A stretch of DNA of 62,751 bases, filler included, from Collodictyon triciliatum (GCA_043381765.1; 46 parts of 46 records of this genome joined end to end with filler, not necessarily neighbours in it), one strand, 5' to 3'; shown: positions 48,231-62,341, counted from the first letter of the whole stretch. The notes: a model not told the origin generated them from the letters alone. Made by a program: numbers and translations.

Positions 48231-48954
48231 TTAAGTCATAGAGGTTGAACATACATCATTCTTCAAGTAATACCTTCCTTTTGCGCTGAAGGATATCACA
48301 TCAACGAAGAAAGGTGTATTCAAGGTGCTGCGGAAAAGAGTGCTTGTGGTTTTAATTCCTGGAGCCCGTTATGATTTTTTCGTTCGCTTTTCGAGAATAC
48401 CATTCATATATATTAAGCTTGATATACACTTATCTAAATGGGATTCAGTGTATGTAGGTTTGTCGTCGCTTCATTAGAATATTTGGAACGATGCGAATAA
48501 ACTGTGCTTCAGTCAATCATTACGACCTCCTAATAATCGCTCTTTTGGCAAAGTTGCGATTCAGTAACCAACGTCTGCTGAAGCCTGATTATTATAATTT
48601 TCTCATTCTACTCATCCGATCAACTCCTGCAAGATGAGAGTTTTGACATAAGCAAAAAGGCTTTGTAAATCATTTAAAAATATTTTACCTATTCCTGATG
48701 CACCGAACTCTACTTTCAAACTTTCTTATGATTTCGAATGTTTTCCATTTCATATGTATCCCAACTCCTTTTTTTTAAAACCCCCGCTACATTTTGTGGT
48801 AGATGTCGATTGTTGATTATATATTCGAATTGATTATTTTTAAAAAAAAAATTGTCTTTAATATATTGTAATCCTGTGGACATGAGCCATCAAAATATTA
48901 TTTCGTGGTGTTGCAGTGGGATTATAGAGAACAGCTTCGCTTATTAAATGGAGC

Positions 48955-49140
48955 TCAACACAAAAATTCTTCGTATATGTCATGGAAACTTGGACGCTTT
49001 GCAGTGTCCGCATCCCAACAGCGTTTCATCACATCTACAATCTTCGGGTCAGCATTCTTTGGAGGTGTTGGGCGCATGCCGTTAACCACTTCGAAGCCGA
49101 TTTTCACGGGGTCGACATCGGCGTAAGGGCGTTGTCGCGA
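48955..49140 (-). CDS. TKL kinase, C-terminal end
   Basis: SRQRPYADVDPVKIGFEVVNGMRPTPPKNADPKIVDVMKRCWDADTAKRPSFHDIYEEFLC*. Confidence 0.88.
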   Translation of the reverse strand, partial: SRQRPYADVDPVKIGFEVVNGMRPTPPKNADPKIVDVMKRCWDADTAKRPSFHDIYEEFLC

Positions 49141-50028
49141 NNNNNNNNNNNNNNNNNNNNNNNNNNNNNNNNNNNNNNNNNNNNTTAATTAATTAANNNN
49201 NNNNNNNNNNNNNNNNNNNNNNNNNNNNNNNNNNNNNNNNGCAACGTCTTGTTTGCAATTTTTGAATTTTTGGATTAATGTTACAAAATTAAAAATAAAA
49301 TTTAAATTGATTACGGGAATAGAATGAGATTATGAGGTCTTATTTAATCTTGTTATAAATTCTAATCGTACTATTATATTATTCAGGTTGCTTCTTGGGT
49401 TCATCAAAGCTCCTGGTTTCGTCAACCCATATTTAATTCGATGGTTGTCTGTGCAATAAACTGCTGTAAATGGGTACACTTTCGTTGTACAAAAAGTGTT
49501 GTGCCTTGAAAGGGATAAAACCAAGTTCGTCACAACCTTTATAATAAAGTTAATCCATTTACTGGCTGAATGAGACCGAAGAGAAAGGAAAAGGATAAAA
49601 AGAAAAAGAAAAAGAAAAAGAAAAAGAAGAAATGAAAAAAGAGACGGATGAATGAATCAGACCAACTAATGATGAGCACTACAATCATAATTATCTAGCT
49701 CCCGTGGGTCGATGGCTAAAGCTCGATTAGTCTTTTCCTCCTTGGTTATTATTATCATTATTTGTTGTTGTTTCAAAGAGCTCGCTCCGTCTTATTAGTA
49801 GTTTGTTGTACTCACGGGTCGGTGGCAGCTGGCGTCTTGATCATGGGTGTGTCTCGGTGCATAACCTGTGTTGCAAGGATGTGGCAAAGTGATCTTTTCG
49901 CTCTCTGGGTTGGCTGCGTCGGCCTTCACGGTTTGCGTACGATCAGTAGGTGTTCCATGGGGCGCATGGTCTCCTCTGGCGGTCTCGTCCTTCTCGGGGA
50001 ACCTCTTTCCGATCGCTTGTTTTTTTTT

Positions 50029-50256
50029 TTTCGGCTTCAGAATGAGGTGGATTGAGAGAAGAAGGAAAGAACGCCAGTGTAATGATATTATTTTCCGGGG
50101 GATGTGTCCTTTATCTCTCTCGGTCTTGATTGTTTCTCAGCGAAAGACTCTTTCTTATTTATTGTTTTTTTTATTGTTCTTATCAACTCTCTTTCTCTGC
50201 GCGATCACCAGATTTATTCGCATTGTGAGGGTTGAATAGATCAACAATAAAAATTT
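50029..50256. repeat. Dispersed ~255-bp non-coding repeat, copy 2
   Basis: Colinear with 19258-19515. Confidence 0.8.
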
Positions 50257-50749
50257 CTATATACGCAAACGAAGATACAAACACTTCTACAAACTCATAA
50301 ACTGATTTTGTATATTTATTTATATACCATAAAAGCATGGAACATTAAAATAGGACATTTAATGTACAGTATTATAAATTCCAAGTTTGCATATACAGAA
50401 AAGTCCTCAATTTCGCCGAAGCTCTTCCAACCTACCATTTTCAAAAAAACAAAAAAACAAAAAAACAAAAAAACAAAAAAACAAAAAAACAAAAAAACAA
50501 AANNNNNNNNNNNNNNNNNNNNNNNNNNNNNNNNNNNNNNNNNNNNTTAATTAATTAANNNNNNNNNNNNNNNNNNNNNNNNNNNNNNNNNNNNNNNNNN
50601 NNTTGCGTAAACTTAAAAGTCCACATGTTTGTTTGTTTGTTTGTTTGTTTGTTTGTTTGTTTGTTTGTTTGTTTGTTTGTTTGTTTGTTTGTTTGTTTGT
50701 TTGTTTGTTTGTTTGTTTGTTTGTTTGTTTGTTTGTTTGAATGGATTAG

Positions 50750-51514
50750 CCGAGGTTCTTGGGAGCGTCTATGCCGTTTTATCAAAGAGAAGAGGCCGAG
50801 TGACTCGCGAAGAGATGAAGGAAGGCACAAACGTTTTTGTTATCGACGCCATACTTCCCGCTGTAGAGAGCTTTGGTTTTGTAGAAGGTGATAATGCCCT
50901 TTTTTTCCTTTCCCTCCTTTTGACTTTTGACTTTTTGACTTTTTGACTTTTTGACTTTTTGACTTTTTGACTTTTTGACTTTTTGACTTTTTGGTTCTGA
51001 ATTGTCTGACCGTTTTATTTTCTTATATTCGTTTTTGTATTTACTCGATTTATAATAACATTTGATACATGTGTCTTGTACATAAGAAATGAGGAAAAGA
51101 ACATCAGGGGCAGCCAACGCGCAAATGACCTTGGGTGACTGGAGCATCATCGAGCAAGACCCATTCCACATCCCGACCAAAGAAGAATTGGAAGAGTTTG
51201 GCCAACTTGGAGAGGCAACTCCAAATATCGCAAGAAAGTACATGAACGAAGTGCGGCGCAGAAAGGCATGTATATTAGGCTGAAGAATGCGACTTTGAAT
51301 CTTGTCTGCCGGGATGACCCAAACGAGCACTTTGCCAATCTTTTGCCATTTAATCTGCGCAGCATGATAGTTCAGACCCATCCATGAATGATGGAATCAA
51401 TGAATATATTCTTGCCATATCGAATCCTCATCAGTAATTGCATAGGGTTTGCCAGTGGAGGAGAAGCTCGTCGAGAAGGCGGACAAGCAGCGAACCTTGG
51501 GCAAGAACAAATAA
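50750..51514 (+). CDS. EFL1: Elongation factor-like GTPase 1 (Ria1/EFL1), last 3 exons
   Basis: [93 protein letters not shown]. Confidence 0.93.
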
Positions 51515-51773
51515 AGCACAAACCCCAACGAAAGACAAGAACGGGAATAGATGAAAACAATCTGATTTCCTATAAAGGCATGAGTAAATTGTGGTCAACA
51601 TGCGATACTTTTGTCACCGAACTAGTCGCAAAACAAGAGAACGTTTGCAGAATCCACCGCCCTGGCGCATTGTTTTTGGTTTATTTTCCTTCAACGATCG
51701 AGTCGCGCTCAGCTGGAGGACTCGGACACCTTCACAAGACTCACAGCAACGGAGCTAAACATAAGATTGAAAG

Positions 51774-51864
<91 letters not shown>

Positions 51865-51964
51865 NNNNNNNNNNNNNNNNNNNNNNNNNNNNNNNNNNNN
51901 NNNNNNNNTTAATTAATTAANNNNNNNNNNNNNNNNNNNNNNNNNNNNNNNNNNNNNNNNNNNN

Positions 51965-53226
51965 ATTGTGGACGAAGTAAGTTACTCATTTTACCACTTG
52001 TCCGTAATTTACCTGTTAACTTAATGGATAGGACACAGCGCCCCGGTTCTTTTAGTTGCGTATGGTCTCAAGAATGTTATTTGTTGACTTTTTCTGCTGA
52101 TAGAACGGTTCGGCTCTGGAGCAGTGGAAATCCTAACACATTTGTCATTTTTCGATACGTTGCCAAAAACACAGAGGATGATGCAAGGGTATTGGAATTC
52201 TCTGTCTTTTCTTTTAAAAACATAATTCTCATGTTCATATACATAAACGGACTCTCCAAGTACGGCCATAAATATAACTATTTATATTTTTTTTAATTAT
52301 CAATATTTTTTTAAACTTTTTAAAAAAATTAAATGAAAGAGAATCCAGAGTTTTCAGGCCCAATTCGGCAATCAAAGTTCTATTAAATGAATAAATGTGT
52401 TCTGCTTAGTTGTGGCAATAAGTTGATTGGGTACAAATAAGTGATTGAGGAAACCCCTAAAGACCACCTCCTTCGGTAATGGCGAAAGAAAGCTTTGCAA
52501 TCTTAAATGGGACCTTTCAGAGGATGTTTTTGCTCTAATATCCTTGTATGTATAACACCCCCTCAAATCGATGAAATAAATGTAATAAAAAAAATATAAA
52601 AACGGGTTCCGGAATAAAAATATGTATATATCAGCTGTGAAATTATCATCAGAGGCCCAAAGTATTACCGACTCTGCATGCATAAATCCTTTTTTATCTC
52701 GTAAGGAAATTTCCATTTAGGTCACTTTCGCTGAAAAAAAAAACTTATTTATTATTCCCTATACTTGTATGGCATTGTATGACATGATTAATCATATTAT
52801 TTTTACATTCATATTTTTTAACTAATCGATTGTTTTTTTTTCTACGTCAAGATATTGTCATTTGTTCATCATCAGATGGGAGTCTTACCGTATTCGATAT
52901 GCCATAAAATTGATAGCACGGAAAATACCTGACGCACATGCTAGCCCCATACATAGGTTTCCATATCATTATATTTTTGCAAACTCGTAGAACGTCCTAT
53001 GTCTCGACAATCATATAATACGCATGATTTCTAATATTCGGCCATCACGGGTTCCTTGTTTCTTTTCTGCCTTCTTTTATCTATCATCATTATTGTAAAA
53101 AAAAAATAACTGTAGCGTTGATTATTGCTTTAATCTCCAGTGTTAGAATGTGTGAAAGCTCTCTATATGTATCACATCCACCGGAGTCTTATGAACTCTT
53201 TTTTAACTGCGGCCACAGATAATCAT
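51965..53226 (+). pseudogene. WDR27-like WD40 gene, intron-containing pseudogene
   Basis: GHSAPV/SCVWSQ..SADRTVRLWS|..QSKFY*MNKCVLLSCGN..YK*VI..|..INPFLS|HIVI..VFDM/..IPDAHASPIH|..YELF/; two in-frame TAA and at least three frameshifts. Confidence 0.72.
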
Positions 53227-54262
53227 NNNNNNNNNNNNNNNNNNNNNNNNNNNNNNNNNNNNNNNNNNNNTTAATTAATTAANNNNNNNNNNNNNNNNNN
53301 NNNNNNNNNNNNNNNNNNNNNNNNNNCAAAAAAAAGACAAAAAAAAGACAAAAAAAAGACAAAAAAAGACAAAAAAAAAGACAAAAAAAGACAAAAAAAG
53401 ACAAAAAAGATAAAAAAAGATAAAAAAAGATAAAAAAAGATAAAAAAAGATAAAAAAGACAAAAAGATGTTAAAATAGTAGAGGTGTTGCCGTTTGCTTG
53501 ATCGTCAGAAAACCTGATTGACAACGTGTCCAGCGGCTGATGCAAAGTGTGCGACGCTACTCGTGGAGGCGGGTTTTCCCCAAGCATAGTGCTGCACAGC
53601 TCCGCTCAGTTGGACGATTCGCTTCATTTCTTTCAGTCAGGTGACAGGCGCTGCGTTATGTTTGCGGTCAGCAAAGCTCTTACTTCGCCGACTATTTGTT
53701 TCACCGAGGCAGGCTGCAGGGATTCTGGTTTCCGTACTCCCACCAACAGGCAGCCTTTTCTTTTTCTTACACACACATATATTCTTTTTTTTTTTTTTGT
53801 TCATTTAGTATTAGACATGTTATTTTGTCCAACGATGCTCCATGCTCGCTTGAAGCAGGTTTTTCCGAGTAGGGTCGTATGTAACATGCAGGCCGCAGCC
53901 ACATTCGGCAGGTGACGTTTGTGGATCGAGGCGGAATGTGGTGTTCGATTCCCATCGCACCGATGCAGAAGATGACGTTTGTTGCCGGCTTCGAGAAAGC
54001 TTGGCTGCAAGTGCATGAAGCTGCTTTGTGGGAAAATGGCCCAGTGGAGAGGTGGAGGGTTGGGGTGGGTTGCTTTCAGTTCCAGGTTGGCGCGAGGGTA
54101 GTATATTCTTGTTTTTTCGAGGTGAGTTGATTGGTTGTCTTTGCCGGGTTGGATGACAAGCGATTCTTCGCCAGAACAAGCTTTTGCCATAGACTTCTAA
54201 CCATGATGCGTTGCAGCGGCATCATTTAAAGGTCTTGGTTCGATGTGCTGATATATTGAACC

Positions 54263-54364
<102 letters not shown>

Positions 54365-54940
54365 GAAGACGGATGGGAATAGTAAAATACCATGGTGTTG
54401 CTTCATCACGCCAGCGCGTATGTTTGTGTCATCTCAAGAGCCAGTGGTCTAGGGCATTTTGCTTGGCTACTTCGAGGTTGAACAGGTTCTATGCGCTTCA
54501 TTCCACGCAATATGTCCACCTGCATAGCACTGATGAAGAGTGCACAGATACCAAAAGAGCCGCGCTGGTAGATTGCGACGCTGTGTCANNNNNNNNNNNN
54601 NNNNNNNNNNNNNNNNNNNNNNNNNNNNNNNNTTAATTAATTAANNNNNNNNNNNNNNNNNNNNNNNNNNNNNNNNNNNNNNNNNNNNTTTTTTCTTTTT
54701 TCTTTTTTCTTTTTTCTTTTTTCTTTTTTCTTTTTTCTTTTTTCTTTTTTCTTTTTTTTTACTCAACATGATCACATGAATTTACGTCATCGGCGTTTAT
54801 TTTACCCCACTTTAAACATAGAAATCGCTTCATATTTTTAATACATGTATATGCATTTTAACGCAAAAAAAAAAAAGAAGCCTTGAACCATGTGAACATT
54901 GGCATTAATGTCTATATGTTATATTATTGACCTTTTCCAG

Positions 54941-55800
54941 ACTGTGGCGCGGGTGTTGGTCGAACAACAAAGTATTTTTTGCTGAAGCATTTTCGAAAAG
55001 TCGACTTAGTGGAGCAAAGTGCTGAATTTCTCGCAAAAGCAAAAGAATCGATGGGGGCAGAGCCACGTGTTGAGAACTACTTTTGCTGTGGGCTCCAGGT
55101 TTCTAATAGATTCCACGCACTCCGTCGATGATTATCTCGCCAGGCTTGTTTGCTTATTAGTCAATGCCATCGCTTTTCTTTTGGTAGGATTTTACGCCTG
55201 CCCCTAAAAGATACGACGTTATCTGGATTCAATGGGTTCTACTTTATCTGACGGATGGTTCTTTTTTTTCTCTTTTCTTTTCTACTTTTTTTTCTCTCTC
55301 TCGTTCTTGGTTGACTATTTGCCTACTGAGTTTTTATTCTATTTTAAAAGAAAAATAACGAGGTGGCAATTATTAGCCATGGACATGTTCTTGCATTTAT
55401 TCAATTACATTCCAATGCATCATTATGACGACCGATTGCATTTTGAAACACAGATGATTTGATTGCATTTTTGAAGCGCTGCAAAAACGGACTCACTCCT
55501 GGCGGAATGATTTTTGTCAAGGAAAACGTTACAAAAGACGATGGCTTTATCCTTGACAAAGAGGATAACAGTGTCACAAGGTTTTTACTTATATCCTTTT
55601 CAATGGCCTCTACGGCTCCACGCCTCTATCATTTTTTTTTGTGAATTCGATATGCCTGTAACTAACCACATCCCGATGTCAGATCTGATTTGCATTACCA
55701 ATCGCTCTTCCAAAAAGCTGGGTATACTGTGGTTCGCAGTCAACAGCAACTGCGTTTTCCGCGCGAGCTTTTTCCAGTCTACATGTACGCACTCGGCTAA
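54941..55800 (+). CDS. NTMT1: Alpha-N-terminal protein methyltransferase (NTM1/Tae1), last 4 exons
   Basis: DCGAGVGRTTKYFLL..VDLVE..CGLQ|DFTP..YDVIWIQWVLLYLTD|DDLIAFLKRCK..LTPGGMIFVKEN..DKEDNSVTR|S..FPRELFPVYMYALG*. Confidence 0.95.
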
Positions 55801-55918
55801 TCACACATAACATAGCAATAAAGAAAGTTGGAGCAAGTTGGCAGAGTAATTCGGCAGGAATGAACTAATATTACAGACCAATTAAATAAAGAGAGAAAAG
55901 CTCCATTATAAGTGGAGC

Positions 55919-55950
<32 letters not shown>

Positions 55951-56242
55951 NNNNNNNNNNNNNNNNNNNNNNNNNNNNNNNNNNNNNNNNNNNNTTAATT
56001 AATTAANNNNNNNNNNNNNNNNNNNNNNNNNNNNNNNNNNNNNNNNNNNNTTTTTTTCTTTTTTTTTTTTTTTTTTTTCTTTCTTTCCTTCTTTTTTTTT
56101 TTTTTTTTTTGAACTGTCACCAGAGCGACATTATGGTTTAAAATACAATCAACCAATCAAGCGAACGAATTAGTGCTCCGATTGCATAACATTCCACTGA
56201 AGTTTTCTCGTTGCGCCAATAATATTTTCTCCTTCTTTCCAG

Positions 56243-56436
56243 GTATCATCATCGCCGTCACGCTGACATTACAGTTCAATCTCTTCACCGAACTGCCATT
56301 CCGTTTCAGTTTCCCAACAGCACTGTTTAGCTCTGTGGTGGTCACGTCATACGCAGTGGCCATTCTCGGGTCCTATATCCCAGCAACTTCTCTCCGTGAA
56401 AAGCAAATCGCCCTCGTTCTGAGGGGAGTGGAGTAA
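56243..56436 (+). CDS. FtsX-like (ABC3) permease family protein, terminal exon
   Basis: GIIIAVTLTLQFNLFTELPFRFSFP..AILGSYIPA..IALVLRG* after a pyrimidine-rich AG acceptor; resembles the protist FtsX-domain C-terminus. Confidence 0.7.
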
Positions 56437-57216
56437 TACACAAGCATAATGAAAAGATAATCCGAATAAAAGCGAGAGAACTGACCAGACGCTTTCGATA
56501 GACTATATTCTCGTTTTGTCACCGCTTTTTTTTTTAAAAGAAAAAAAGAGAAAGAGAGGAATGCGTTTGGTTCCTTCATTTTACACTTGCAGAGTATTAT
56601 GTCACAGCACAAATCCCACATCTGGTGTAGCCTCGTTATTACGTTGGCTTCCATGAGCCGGACGAGGCTTGTTCGTCACAGATTAGTATAAATTTGTTGC
56701 ATATTTCGTTAAACAAACATCAAAAATAATAATAAACCTGGCGGCTAATGCTCTCTGGATTGAATCAAACCTGGCAATTCTTTCATGATTATTATTTTTA
56801 AAAAAGGAGGGGTTCTTCGATGCAAATATGTGATAACGTACAATAAAAATAACACAAGATGAGACAAACGACTAGATATGAGTGTTTTTATTTTTCTTCC
56901 TCGCAATTTCTCTCTGCACAGAGACTATGAATCAACAGTTTCCCTTGCAAACAGAAATAAAGACGGAGATTCTTTGAGAATGAGAGACCTTAGTCTATCT
57001 AAAGGAGACAAAGAGGTGCGCTGTATTGCTGATTTGTTATGTAAAGCAGCACTCTGGGCGATACGGTCATGCGTTTTTGGTGAGAATGAAAAGAGTGTCG
57101 GAGCCCAGTGGGATATCTGCTTCGGAGGGTCGGGCAAAGACTCTCTCGAATCCAAAACAGTGGGTATACTTTCTTGAGTCTTTGGCTTTCCTGTCTCTGG
57201 AGAAACAAAAAACAAT

Positions 57217-57312
<96 letters not shown>

Positions 57313-59463
57313 NNNNNNNNNNNNNNNNNNNNNNNNNNNNNNNNNNNNNNNNNNNNTTAATTAATTAANNNNNNNNNNNNNNNNNNNNNNNNNNNNNNNN
57401 NNNNNNNNNNNNGCATTTTTAAAATTTATTTGGGCACTGTCGTCATTAAATTCAAATGGTGATTAACTACGTAAAAGTATATAATTCATAACTGTAGGGG
57501 AAATCCAAAAAAAATAATGATATTAGAAATTCAAAAATCATAATTTGAGTGGCCAGTAGATGTATAATGTACAGTTCTTTTATAAGGCTTAAAGAAAAAA
57601 TGCCGACTGTTTTTAATTCATCTAGTTGAGAATATAATCCATCGGAAAAGAAATAAATCGGTACGACTTCAAGCATAAATATATTATAGTGATTATAATA
57701 ATTCCTCATTTCAATGAAAAATGAATGAAAATGATTTTACATATAGTCTTTTAAGCACTTTCGGATATGTTTAAAGAAAAATAGTTCAGGTCTACAGATC
57801 GACTGCGGAATGAGATATTAAATATATATTAAATATTTTTGAGATACTATCAGCGTTCTTAGTAAAGGATATTTGAACAATAGTGCCAAGTACTAAAGCA
57901 AGTGTTTTGGCAACCATAGTCCAAAACAGATACCAAAGAAAATAAATCAAGATTCAGTCACTTCGGTGTATTTTTTTTTTTTTTTTGCAAGCCTGCAAGG
58001 GAGCTAATTCATGGACTGCATTTTTTGTACTGCAGATCTACTATGAATACATATAAAATGTTGAAATGTATTATTTTTGCATTAAATATGCAACTGATGT
58101 AATTCCATCTGTCCAGAAATTTTTTTTTGATATCTGAACAGAGGCTGAGGCGATCACCAACCCTTTAGTATTACAATTCATACGTTAAAAAAGGTGAAGG
58201 CATCAAAGCTATCGCTTTCTTCTAGTTTTCGGGTGGTTTGCCTGAGAGTAAAATATATTGTATTCTGCATTCTACCAACTGCTCTTGGCAGTGTCACCTC
58301 TGCCTCATTTTTCTTTTGAAGTTTGGATCGTGTAGAAAGAGAATTATGAATATCCTGTTATTTCGTGAATTGAATTCGATTGCATTAGGCAAGACTTTGT
58401 GGTGGGAATAGAACCACTCAGCAAGGTGGGTAGGAGATAGTTCATTAACATTTGTAGTATTATTGCGCGCCAGCATTCTCCCTTTCTCCTTCACCTCCCA
58501 ATTTTTCTATCCTGAGTTTCTATTTTAAATATTTTATTGTTTATAATTATGTTTGTGTTTGTCATCCTTTGTGTTGTTTGTTGTTTGTTGTTTGTTGTTT
58601 GTTGTTTGTTGTTTGTTGTTTGTTGTTTGTTGTTTGTTGTTTGTTGTTTGTTGTTTGTTGTTTGTTGTTTGTTNNNNNNNNNNNNNNNNNNNNNNNNNNN
58701 NNNNNNNNNNNNNNNNNTTAATTAATTAANNNNNNNNNNNNNNNNNNNNNNNNNNNNNNNNNNNNNNNNNNNNCGCACGCGCACATCCCACACCCGGGCG
58801 GCCCCCCAACTCGGCCAGGAAGCGCGCCTCCACCCTAACCCGAGTCCTATATTTAATATTGTTTTCTGTATGTCGTAAATTAATTTATTTTCTTAGGAAT
58901 GATTGATTTAATAATTGATTAGTGATTTTCCTATAAGCATCAAATCAAAATCTACTTATAACTGATAAAAAATGACCTTGCTAGAAATATAACCGAAGAC
59001 TAATGAATTTTTATCAGTTTTATCCTAATTTGTGAGTTGATATCGATTTATTTTGAGATGATAACTATTTTGCATTTTTAATATATGTGAATTGACTGAA
59101 TAAGTCACTATACCATCAAATAAAATAGTCATGTTTATCAATGGATATGAATAAGAGTATTTTATGGAGACTTATTTATGAAATTTATTGAAGTTATGTG
59201 TAGATAATCTATCTATGTATTTTTGAATCAATCAATGATAATTGAGTAGAGTGATTCAATATTACATTTTTAAGTAAATATGTTGATTGGGTATTACACC
59301 ACTTTATAAAATTTTGTGTAAATCTTTAAACACTCATCGCATTAATTTAGGAGATTGAACTCAAAGTCGTTTGCGGATCTGTTGCTGTTGGGTGAGTTAC
59401 AAATTATTTGTTTTAATTTTATTGACTTCAAATTACATAGAATTTTAATTAATATATTTTTAG

Positions 59464-60033
59464 GATTGATACTTCACTGCCAATTGCGCCTTGTTGAAGG
59501 GCAAGATGATTCGATACGCATATTGAATGGTCACTATGGTGTTGTTTACAGTGTTGCCGTTACTCCTGATGGTTCAAAAGTTGTTTCTGGAAGCGTTAAT
59601 GGAACAATCAAAATCTGGGTACTTTGTGTCGCTGGTCAGTTTTACGATTCAGTTTCAAAGTTTTGTCAACTATGCCCTTCTGGAAGCTATAGTGCTGCAG
59701 GTGCCCTCTCTTGTTCTTTATGTCCTGCTGGCACATACAATCCATCTACTGGTCAAGCAACATGTCTTTCATGCGCTGCTGGAACATACAACCAATTAAC
59801 TGGACAAGCAAGTTGCCTATCGTGCCCTTCAGGTACTTACAGTAACAAAACAAGTAGCATTAATTGCCATGAATGTGAAATGGGAACTTATAATGATGAT
59901 GTAAGCCAAACGCAATGCAAAACTTGCTCAGACGGAACATTCAATCCTGATTTTGCTTCAATTAGTATCTCTTCTTGCATTAAATGTCCAAAAGGAACTT
60001 ACGTTACTCAATCAAAAGAAAAATGCGATTCAT
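59464..60033 (+). CDS. WD40 repeat joined to Cys-rich GCC2/GCC3 (ephrin-receptor-like) repeats, partial
   Basis: LNGHYGVVYSVAVTPDGSKVVSGSVNGTIKIW followed by CPSGSYS..C..CPAGTYNPSTGQATC..CAAGTYN.. repeats. Confidence 0.85.
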
Positions 60034-60488
60034 NNNNNNNNNNNNNNNNNNNNNNNNNNNNNNNNNNNNNNNNNNNNTTAATTAATTAANNNNNNNNNNN
60101 NNNNNNNNNNNNNNNNNNNNNNNNNNNNNNNNNAAACCAATAAAAACCAATAAAAACGAATAAAAACCAATAAAAACCAATAAAAACCAATAAAAACCAA
60201 TAAAAACCAATAAAAACAATAAAAACAATAAAAACAATAAAAACAATAAAAACAATAAAAACAATAAAAACAATAAAATCAATAAAATCAATAAAATCAA
60301 TAAAATCAATAAAATCAATAAAATCAATAAAATCAATAAAATCAATAAAATCAATAAAATCAATAAAATCAATAAAATCAATAAAATCAATAAAAAGAAA
60401 AGCATATACCAGAGGACAAACAGAATGCATACTAAGAGAACAATATATTCGAATACAACAATTTCCGTAGTGTGATGTTAACACAGAC

Positions 60489-61179
60489 ATTGTGAAAGTG
60501 CGCAGATAGGTAGTCTACTGCAGCCCTTCCTCCGTGGCCATCGTATATTGCTGCAAAAAAGTTTGCTGGGCTGTGGTTGAATCCATCGATAAAGGTATGT
60601 GCATCCTACGGAAAAAAAAAAGAAGATATAATTGGACGGCATGAGGCGTGATGATTAATCAAAAAAAGGAATCAAAGTAGAAAAGCAGAAAGGAAAAAAA
60701 AGAAGGGAAAAAAAAGAAGAGAAAAAAAAGAAAAAAAAAGAAAAAAAAGAAGAGAAAAAAAGAAGAGAAAAAAGAAAAAGAAAAAATAGGAAAAAGAAAA
60801 AGAGAAAAAAGAAGAGAAAAAGAGAAAAAGATCAAAAAAGAGAAAAAAGAAAAAGAGAAAAAGGAAAAAGGAAAAGAGAAAGAAGAAGAGAAAGAAGAAG
60901 AGAAAAAGAGAAAAAGAGAAAAAGAGAAAAAGAGAAAAAGAGAAAAAAGAAAAAAGGAAAAGAAAAAAAGAAAAAAGGAAAAGAAAAAATAGCAAGTCGT
61001 CAGCCTTGTTCGATGTTTTTCTTTTTTCTTCAGGGGGCTTCTTCATTCCCTCCTAGTTTTTTTTTGGCAAGCCTTTCTGCTCTGCTGGTAAATACCTCCA
61101 TCGTCCTGCGATAGCGTGCATTCTGGTCTTGTGCAATGCCAACGTCCCTCACAGAAGTGTACGAAGGTCGCTTTGACAT
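60489..61179 (-). CDS. Protein phosphatase 2C (Ptc1-like), first 2 exons
   Basis: MSKRPSYTSVRDVGIAQDQNARYRRTME|DAHTFIDGF..FAAIYDGHGGRAAVDY; RxxMEDAH and DGHGG motifs. Confidence 0.92.
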
Positions 61180-62341
61180 GGCAAACAAGCGGTTCCTCGG
61201 AGGTTATCTAACGCAAAAGGTGCTTTCAGTCCCCTATCAAGACACGTGGTTCACTTTGTACGCTTCTTACTGCCTGCGTTTTAGTTGCGTATACACAAGC
61301 ATACACTTGCGATAAGCAGATCCTGTGCCGAGCAAAGAAAAAGAAATAGAACAAGAAAAATGAAAAAAAAACAAAAAAAAAAACTACAAAAANNNNNNNN
61401 NNNNNNNNNNNNNNNNNNNNNNNNNNNNNNNNNNNNTTAATTAATTAANNNNNNNNNNNNNNNNNNNNNNNNNNNNNNNNNNNNNNNNNNNNTGACCGCC
61501 GTCTGTGGAGACAAGGCGGAACTCGAGTCTTTGGGACATTGCTCTTAAACAAAGGTGGGAATCGGTTGCAAACCACCTCGCAAAGATAAATAGATAAATA
61601 AATAGATAAATGAATAAATAAATAAATAGATAAATAAATAGATAAATAAATAAAGAATAAATAAAATGGGAAAGATATAAAGGTACATGAACTGAGAATC
61701 AACAGAAGGGTATTACGACTAAAAAAAATATTTTTTTTGTGAGTGCAAAGGAAGCAGGTTGAAATGAAAGAAAGAGGAGTACAGGAAGTTGTCTTCCGTA
61801 TGGGCAAAGCATAGGGGTTCAAGTAGAGAAAAAAGAGAATAAAAGAAGTGCCGCACGGTAGATCGAGGTTTCGCCTCGTGTTTACAATCTGTCAAGTCTA
61901 CGATCGTAGGTGGTTGCGATTTGTGTGGACAAGAAAGCGACGTGGACATTCATGTTTATTGGCTTCGCGGAATGAACGATGAATACCATTCATTACGCTC
62001 TCTTCGCTGATTTTTGGGTGTTGGGATTGTGTTTCATCACCGAATAAAGCTCTTTCCCGCCTGGATGGAATATCTTTTACCAAAGTTCCTCAATCAAAAC
62101 CCTCTGGTTTCCGGCTGCGTGGGCGGATGGGTTGTATAATCTCGTTTGAGCAGTGGCCAAAGTCCCCGGTTTTTTTCTTTTCAACAATCGCTCGTGGGTG
62201 TGGATTCTTTTCCTCTTTTTGTGTGATTCATAGATTATAAAATAAGAATGGGAAAATAAAGCATCACAGTACTTGTATAGTGGGATTTAAGATGAGTCCA
62301 TTTAACATCTTATAATATATGGGAAAACAATAAACTAAACT

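Noticed and set aside
46523-48545. Additional LINE remnants (46523-46870 ORF1-like; 48240-48545 with a NIWNDANKLCF motif)
   Set aside because: The similarity is suggestive only and too degenerate to call without alignment.
52381-52441. TAA reassigned to Tyr: two in-frame TAAs at positions where WDR27 homologues appear to have aromatic residues
   Set aside because: The same gene has several frameshifts, TAA is the normal stop of NTMT1, EFL1 and the FtsX-like gene, and no intact gene here has an internal TAA.
53925-53965. tRNA gene suggested by GTTCGATTCCC
   Set aside because: No acceptor stem, D arm or anticodon arm can be folded around it.
58829-58840. Telomere (CCCTAACCC)
   Set aside because: Only 1.5 units, internal to the contig.
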